Assembly: GCF_003704095.1 (NCBI RefSeq)
Contig: NW_020844363.1
Location: 372,001 to 436,000 of the forward strand
Origin: Pocillopora damicornis
Lineage: Eukaryota
Reading direction: 5' to 3'
DNA length: 64,000 bases
A model generated the notes under the pieces. It had not been told where the DNA came from and did no database searches. It worked only from the letters and a program-made list of their open reading frames with translations. Position 1 is the first letter of the stretch, and each line of letters starts with the position of its first letter. Below, piece after piece: positions 56,970 to 64,000 of this stretch. Made by a program: the position numbers and the translations under genes.

Positions 56970-59900
56970 ATGGCGATGCTCGCAGAGCCGAAATCCAAGC
57001 AAAAATGGAGCAGCGATCCACGAAATACAGCATGGACCAATGGTAAGGAACTATTTATTTGTCAAAAGTCTCCCCCTGGCTTTTTTATTATTATTTGAAA
57101 TTGTTTAGGTCAATTGATAGATTGCCGTTCATATCTGAGCCATTGGGAAGTCTGAAAATGGATCCACTTTTAACCGGCCGATTCTTTTGGTTACCATCCT
57201 ATTGCCAAAGCTTACCGTTTACCGTTTCTCATGATTGGTCGATGGAAGAATATAATTCAGTGTTGATGATTGTTTTGGATGGAGCTTTTGCTTGGAGTTT
57301 CATGATAACTCCAAGTTTATGTAACATGTTAGATCATAGTTAGTAGAGGGGGTCCCCCCTCTACTAACTATGGTTAGATATTACATACTTGAAGAGATCC
57401 ATAGCAAGGTTGACGGCAGAGTATAGGGAGTTTCCAAGGATTCAACCTTTTCTTCAGAATGGCTATATTATTTGTAAGGTTTGTAATATGAGACAATGAT
57501 ATATTTTAAGAAGGAGAGAGATTATCAGAATTTTAATTGTTTAAACTATTTTGATCAGATACCAGACGGTTTGGTTACCAGATGTTGACTAAAATGGGAT
57601 GGGAGAGTGGAAAAGGACTGGGTGCTAAGGAGGATGGAACTAAAACACATGTTAAATCTGTCAAGAGGCAGCAGAACTTAGGTAAGAAAGCAAAATATTG
57701 TTGACATTAGTGATAAAGATTGCAAGCATTTCTTGATTAAATCTGTTGTTGTAAGATGTAAACCTTTGGAAAGAAAGGATATACAAAAGCTTTTTGAGAA
57801 CACTAAATATTAAGTTAAACTTGGTAAGATTGATCTTTTCTGCAGTCACAACTTCATTTGCTCCAATACTGGAAGTAACAGTATTGCCGCTATCAAATAG
57901 CCTTCTCAGTCATGTTTAACTTGCTGACTAACTGATACTCTTTTATGATGTTTTTAGTATCTATGCGTGAAACAAAAATGAAAGATTCTGGAAGTCTTTA
58001 TCTAAAACTACACCATATTAATGTTTTCATCTTTGATTTTTATTGACTTTACTAAACAGTCAACTCCACTAACTATGGTGGCATGCCCCTTGAAGGGTGT
58101 ATGAATTTTTTTTTTTTTAAATTATCAACTTGGTTAATTCAACCAAATAATCTTGTAATACCCCCCATCTATGCAGAGCCACAGTTTCATCAGAAACTTA
58201 CCCCCTTTAAGCTTTACAACAGTGTAGCAGACATTTATCCCTGGGTATCATTCTCGTCATGAGGATTTAAAGTTCATTTGCATGTATACAAGAGTTAGAG
58301 CATTTATCTGAATTTCAGTGAAGAAAATGCTTATTAGACTTAACCAACTGTTATGTTGTTCATAATATTCAGGTCTAGGGGCTGAGAAGTCTCATGAAGA
58401 TAACTGGATATCACACCAGGTAGCATTTGATGATTTGCTATCTCAGCTTAATAATCACACAGAAAACGATAACGGTGAGATAACCAACAGTGTTACATAT
58501 GCATTTGAGTATCTATCATTACTGCTATGGGTTCTTCAAAAAACTTTTATGTTTCCATTATTTTCTTGGTATGTAATTAGAGTTTTGAGATGTAGTTTGT
58601 CTTTCATCTGTGTGTTACAGAGGAAAAGTCAGTGAAGAAAGCAAAGAGTCATGAAATGGAAAAGAAAGCAAGACAGTCCCGAAAAAGAGTGTTGTAAGTG
58701 CTGTTCCTTATTCTTAGAGGACCTCACTAAAATCACTTTTTAGTGATAAAAAGTCTCTTGTTACTATAATTTTTTTATAAGTTAGGTATGAATCCTGTGC
58801 AAACTTTCTAAGCTGCCATACACTTATGCTAGTCACTCTTAGAAGTTAAGGATTATCTCAGCTTATGAGTTCAGGGGCCTTTCATAGTTGGAGCTTGGAT
58901 GGGATACTGGTCCATTTCAGGTTACCCTCAATCATTACATGTATGTCAGTTTTCCACTAAATTTTGGCGATATGGATTTTTCCTCTTGAGAAGAGAGATG
59001 CAAGTCTTGCCTAACAACCAAATGACTTGGTTGAGGCTTTAAGCACATCACCTGTTGACTGGTAGCTCAGCATGCCAACTGTTAGGTGGCTATGTGCCTT
59101 GAATGTTCTACATAAATTGAATTTGTTTTAGACAGAAAAACTTTAAGTTGGCTTTCATCTTGTAACATGTGTACCACCATGCTTCCCAACATTGACATGA
59201 GGATGTGAAATTGAATTGTGCTTTGTTGGAAATATGGAATGTGAGAGGTTAGGCCAGGAAAGATTACCTTACAGAATTAGTGTAAGAGGTTCTTTTAGAC
59301 TTGGTACAGAAGTTAAGCATCCTTGGTTAGAAGTTGCATTTTTCCTGGGCTTTGTTACCCAAGACAATGTTATTTCTGGACCATTTATGTGTATAAGTTT
59401 AATGACTGATTGGCTGTTTTGTATTCATAGTTACAATCGCTTCATTCAGAGCAAAGACTTGTCATCTAAATCAGCAGAAGACATGGCTTGCATCTTTGGT
59501 CAGAGGAGTAAGTCAGCTCCTGGAACTCCTCAAGAACAGTCAGAGGTTGGTTCAAACATCTTTATCGAAGTTTTGGGGGTATTTTGTTTCGATAGCCCTT
59601 GTTCTGACTAACCGAAATGTACCGTACCGGTTGCTTTGTTTTGTTATTGAATACCAAAATACTTAAAAAATGTTGAAACAAGCTTTTTTTACAAAGCTAC
59701 TTTTCTTCCAATGTAGGACGAAGAATCGGACGAGAGTACTGCTTCCTGTCCGCCGCCATCTTCTCACGGTGTGCAGACTATAAACTCCGGACAAAGCGTT
59801 CAGGAATACTTTGAGATGAAAATGAGGGAGATGAAAGCGGCTCGAGAAAGGAGGCAGACAGTGGAGGTTAGCGCTATTCAAGAAGAAATAGTAACAGGAA

Positions 59901-60529
59901 AAGATTACAACGAGGAAGTTGACGAATCAGAACCGAAGAGGAAGAAGAAGAAAGAAAGTAAAAGAAAGCTTAAACATGCGATTGAAAATGAGGAATTGGT
60001 CAATGGCGTTAGTGTTTCGCATTCTTTTGATGTGAAATGTTCAGCTGGAAAGAGAAAGAGAAACGGTGCGGTGGAAGAAACGAAATCTGGATTAGAAAAC
60101 GGATGCAAACCCTCGAAGGATAGGACGGAAGAAAAAGGAAAAAAGAAGAAAGCAAAAGAAATTAATAGTCAGACTTTAGAGGTTGACAGCAGCTCTTTGG
60201 GAAGGCTGGAAATAGCTGAAGGGGTGAAAGATAAAAAGAAAACATCTAAGAGAAAGAGCGAGAAGGGGATTGCTAGATTGGAAAATGAAGACTTGGAAAA
60301 GTCGTCCGAGAGTAAACGAAGAAGGGACAAGACAAAAGGTAGCTTTAGCGACGAGAAATCTTTTAATGAGACAATTTCCGAAGTGGAGGAAGCAAACGAT
60401 GAAGGCAACTTACGAAAGAAGAAGAAGAAGAAGAAGAAGAACCAAGATGTCGGTAATAGTCTAGAAACTGTCGAAAGAATGAAAAACGAGAAGAAGAAAA
60501 GAAAAAAGGATAAAAAAAGAAAAATCTAG
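56970..60529 (+). CDS. PINX1: PIN2/TERF1-interacting telomerase inhibitor 1 (G-patch protein), ~432 aa
   Basis: Exons 56970-57042, 57559-57681, 58373-58474, 58621-58693, 59431-59545, 59717-60529. MAMLAEP...WSSDPRNTAW, G-patch FGYQMLTKMGWESGKGLG, DNWISHQ, SKDLSS...CIFG, Lys/Glu-rich tail. Confidence 0.93.
57335..57372. mobile_element. 38-bp palindrome with 7-bp TSD; probable P-superfamily transposon footprint
   Basis: CATAGTTAGTAGAGGGGG-TC-CCCCCTCTACTAACTATG flanked by GTTAGAT on both sides. Confidence 0.7.
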
Positions 60530-60740
60530 GAAAAAAGATGAGGGTGACCGGGAAAGACCGAAACAAGATTATTTTAATTCTTCCGCCAAAAAATAAACCA
60601 ATAGCGATGGCTGATTTTTATGTTTATGTTCTTTTATGTTACTCACGGTACCAACTCTACACACAATAAAACAATCATCGTATGCTATTTTAGTAAATGT
60701 AGAATATTTGAACTTACTTTGCCAATCATTACTTACAAAT

Positions 60741-60926
60741 GTTTTTGAGACGCGAACGGCAGCCGGAAGTTAAAAAACTCATTCATGGTGCTCATTACAC
60801 CTTTTTGGTCAGCACAATTTGGTTTAAAATGCTATAACGAAGACTTAACGGCCGATACAATATTGGTGTCAAAGCGCACTAGAATTTATTTTTTTCTTTT
60901 CCGGTTGCTGTCTGCGGCCCAAAACT
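60741..60926. mobile_element. MITE-like element with imperfect ~28-bp TIRs
   Basis: GTTTTTGAGACGCGAACGGCAGCCGGAA versus the reverse complement of TTCCGGTTGCTGTCTGCGGCCCAAAAC. Confidence 0.55.
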
Positions 60927-60991
60927 GTCTCTGCTTTAGTTCTCCATTGTCGTTCGAGAGCGCGCCGCTTTCACGGTCTTACTTTTAAAAA

Positions 60992-61210
60992 TGAATTGCT
61001 AAGAACTATATACGGTCTTAAGCGAGAAGGAAGAAGAACATTTTCTGTTGCCGCACCACTTTTAAAACTGAATTGTTAAGAACTATATGCAATCTTAAGC
61101 GAGAAGGAAGAAGAACATTTTCTGTTGCTGCACCACTTTTATGGAATTCCCGAACTGATGATATCAGGAACTGTGGATCCGTATGTAGTCTAAACCAAAA
61201 AGTATCTCTT
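60992..61210 (+). mobile_element. L2/CR1-group LINE 3' fragment with 77-bp tandem duplication
   Basis: Translation GRRTFSVAAPLLWNS...DIRNC matches the ORF2 C-terminal FSVAAPxLWNS motif. Unit repeated at 60992 and 61069. Confidence 0.65.
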
Positions 61211-62067
61211 AAGCAAAGGATCTCAATGATATAATAGCTTTTACTGCAAACGGTTAAAATCTTGGCCATTTTATAGTCATAGGTTAATTTTTTTTCCTTT
61301 GTTTTTAAGAGAAAAACTTCTACGGTTTACTTTTTTTACGACCAACGGTTAAAATTTGTCAGTTTTTACGCCTGACGACTGATTATGTTTTACCGTTTCA
61401 CGGCTAACGGTTAACCCCAAGACCCTCTAAAAATATTGCAATTAAACACCTGCATAACGGAACAAATGGATTAAAAAACCTTCAGGCTGAAATTTGATAA
61501 ATAAAACATCAAACTAATAAAGATTGTCAGTACCACCTGAAGAAATTGAACAGGTTCCTATTTAATAAAATGTGAATATCAAAGTAAGAGTGTTAGACTA
61601 TGAACAACACGGCACAGAAGGGATTGGAATTTTTAGAGAAAATCTGGCATTTCAAGGGGAGACGATCTAAGCTGAAGCATCGAATGGAAGGGTAAAGAAA
61701 TTTCCTGAAACCACACATACAGTAAGCAAAGAATACGTTGAAAAACTTTGTAAAATTAAAAAAAAATAAGTGAAAAATCGAACTGAAAAATTATTTCCTG
61801 AAAAAAATCCCCTCAAGAACAGCATCGAGCTGATTACTCAAGAAACCTGATATATAAGGAACACATCAGCCTGGACTAAAAAAGAATAGGCTCTTTGATG
61901 CCGGTATTTGTCGAGTATCAGATATTCAACTGAATGGTAATTTTAGTGAAAATACGTGCAAACGAAATACATCGTAGAGTGCCGTTGAACTCTCGGAAAT
62001 GATGCTATACGCGAATTTTTAATATTATCTGTATTATGCAACATATGAATGCATAGAAAATTAGGGT

Positions 62068-62565
62068 ATCTACTGCATGGTCTACAATAGGTACATTCAT
62101 CTACACTGTCTGCAGTAGGTACAGCTATCTACACTGCCTAAAGTAGGTACGGCTGTCTATGCTGTCTACAGTAGGTACAGCTATCTACACTGTCTACAGT
62201 AGGTGCAACTATCTACACTGTCTGCTGCAGGTACAACTATCTACGCTGTCTATAATAGGTACAACTATCTTCGCTGTCAATAGTAGGTACAACTATCTAC
62301 ATTGTCAATAGTAGGTACAAGTATCTACACTGTCCACAGTAGATACAGCTCTCTACACTGTGTACAATAGGTACAACTATCCACACTGTCTACAGTGGAT
62401 ACAGCTGTCTACACTGTCAACAGTAGGTACAGCTATCTACACTGTCTACAATCGGTAAAACTATCTACACACAATCTACAATAGTTAAAACTATCTACAC
62501 TGTCTACAATAGGTACAGCTATCTACACTGTCTACAACATGTAAGCTAGTTGTACCTACTGTAGA
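62068..62565. repeat. 28-bp minisatellite, ~17 copies, plus one inverted partial unit
   Basis: Consensus ATCTACACTGTCTACAGTAGGTACAGCT. Confidence 0.92.
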
Positions 62566-63206
62566 AAGTGTTGTTGAAATTTGCTGAAAAAGTACATCCC
62601 GCGAAATTTTCAAAAATTCGAGGGAGACTATCCCACCAAAACGAAATATAGCAAATTCCACATATAAATTATTCGATCGTTAAAGGTTATATATGAACGA
62701 AGATTCTACCAACTTTAACTCCACCCCTGTCGCCATTTTTGTCGCAGCTCCAGCGGGGGGAGTGTAAAGGTATTCAGCGGATACGTATCTTGGGCTATGG
62801 AATCCACACAAGCTTCACGGAAATTACAGAACATTTCACATTAGCATATAAGTACCCCGGCTAAATTTAAATATAAGCCAGCTTCCATATGGTATCACCT
62901 GTTGATAACTTATATTTGGTAAAACCCCATCTCTGCCTGCTTTATCCAGAACTGAGAATGCTACCATGCCATCTTGGAAAAATTTTGCGGAAGATCCGCG
63001 CGCAGTGACGAAGTTTATGTCTATCCAATAATTTAAAAAAAGAGAGATAACGGGCACGAGGTAATAGTTCAAAAATAATTTAAAGGAACTAAAAAAGACA
63101 AAACTCATAAAAAGCAAACAAAAAAAAAAGCATTCTGTTTCAAGTTTTGGTAAACAAAAAAAGGGCAAAAAGAAGATAAAAATGATGATACTAAGGAGAA
63201 AAAGTA

Positions 63207-63426
63207 GAAAAAAACAACATGCAGGTTCCGCGGGGAGGAGTTCCTCGGCCCCCAAGCCAGTTCGAGAGTTACTCCTTGTCCGCCAGCTCTAAATCATACT
63301 CGGGGAGAAGTTATTCGGCCCCCAAGCCAGATTGAGAATAACTCATATAGCGTGATTCGAACCCGCGACCTCGATGACCTCTCTTGCACTCGTTGCGCGC
63401 CTACGATTGCCGCTCGACCATCTCGA
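63207..63426 (-). other. tRNA-headed (SINE-like / Pol III-type) element with duplicated structured module
   Basis: A-box TGGTCGAGCGG (63420-63410), B-box GGTTCGAATC (63363-63354), two related ~45-nt repeats, then a T-run at ~63213-63207. No complete cloverleaf. Confidence 0.5.
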
Positions 63427-64000
63427 AACTACATACTTAATTAGCATGAATTGTCGGTGTATTGAGTTTTAAAATACCAGGCTGGGGGGAAGGGTGAGGA
63501 ACTCTGTGTTACTGAGAGTGCAATCGAGCGTTTCCGGTCAAGAATAAAAGAAACAAGTCTAACAAAGAACTGACAAAAGCGATCTACACAAGGAATATTA
63601 GCATATGTTGTAATGGCGGACGACTTCGTTTGCAGAAGCTCTTTAATATGATTCCTCAGTATTGCATTGCACATCTTTTACTGCATATAAATATCACGTA
63701 ATTATTTGAGCGAATAAGCGCGCTTATTGAATGTTAATCCATGGAACAGGTTAAAAGGCTCGATGGTCTTTAGCTCTTGAATGGGAACGGTGACCTATAT
63801 TTTCTATTGGATAATTTTGGTGTACAAATTATCTCTTTTAGATTGGGGAATCTTATTTGGTTTTTTTGGCTCCTATGAATCCCTCAATAAAGAAGATAGG
63901 AGTCCTTTTATAATAACAAAATTTGCATTATCATTAAAAAGCTCTTTCAGTTCATGCAAGGATAAAAAGGCGTTCGAGACTTTAACTGAATAAATTTGCA

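Noticed and set aside
62068-62548. CRISPR array
   Set aside because: Contiguous tandem units with no unique spacers, eukaryotic context, no cas genes.
62836-63255. 139-aa hydrophobic ORF
   Set aside because: The Phe/Leu richness derives from an A-rich low-complexity tract read on the minus strand.
63230-63345. Twister ribozyme (GGCCCCCAAGCC resembles the twister L4 loop)
   Set aside because: I could not place the UAA cleavage motif, P2 or the T2 partner in any permutation.
63350-63430. Functional tRNA gene
   Set aside because: A and B boxes are present but there is no acceptor or anticodon stem.

Overview
AT-rich, intron-containing animal genomic DNA. The repeat families look like those of a stony coral, but that attribution is from recognition and is not proven. 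I rebuilt eight spliced protein-coding genes by hand, with splice phases closing throughout. In order: an ATF3/FOS-family bZIP gene (-, 3' end outside the window), TBC1D7 (-), a PRSS23/35-like secreted serine protease (+), an atypical MALT1-like paracaspase (-), IGHMBP2 (-), PLK1 (+), SNRPC/U1-C (-) and PINX1 (+). The best candidate for a new system is the paracaspase. It has a MyD88-like death domain, a linker of skippable phase-1 exons carrying TRAF6-type motifs where MALT1 has Ig1-Ig2, an intact Arg-specific protease domain, Ig3, and a C-terminal TQV. Non-coding highlights: Penelope-type retroelement relics with hammerhead ribozyme cores (one just past the IGHMBP2 polyA signal, one in sense inside a TBC1D7 intron), a probable P-element-type excision footprint in PINX1 intron 1, TTAA-flanked MITEs, and a tRNA-headed element with a duplicated structured module. 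All homology calls come from remembered family motifs; no searches were run.
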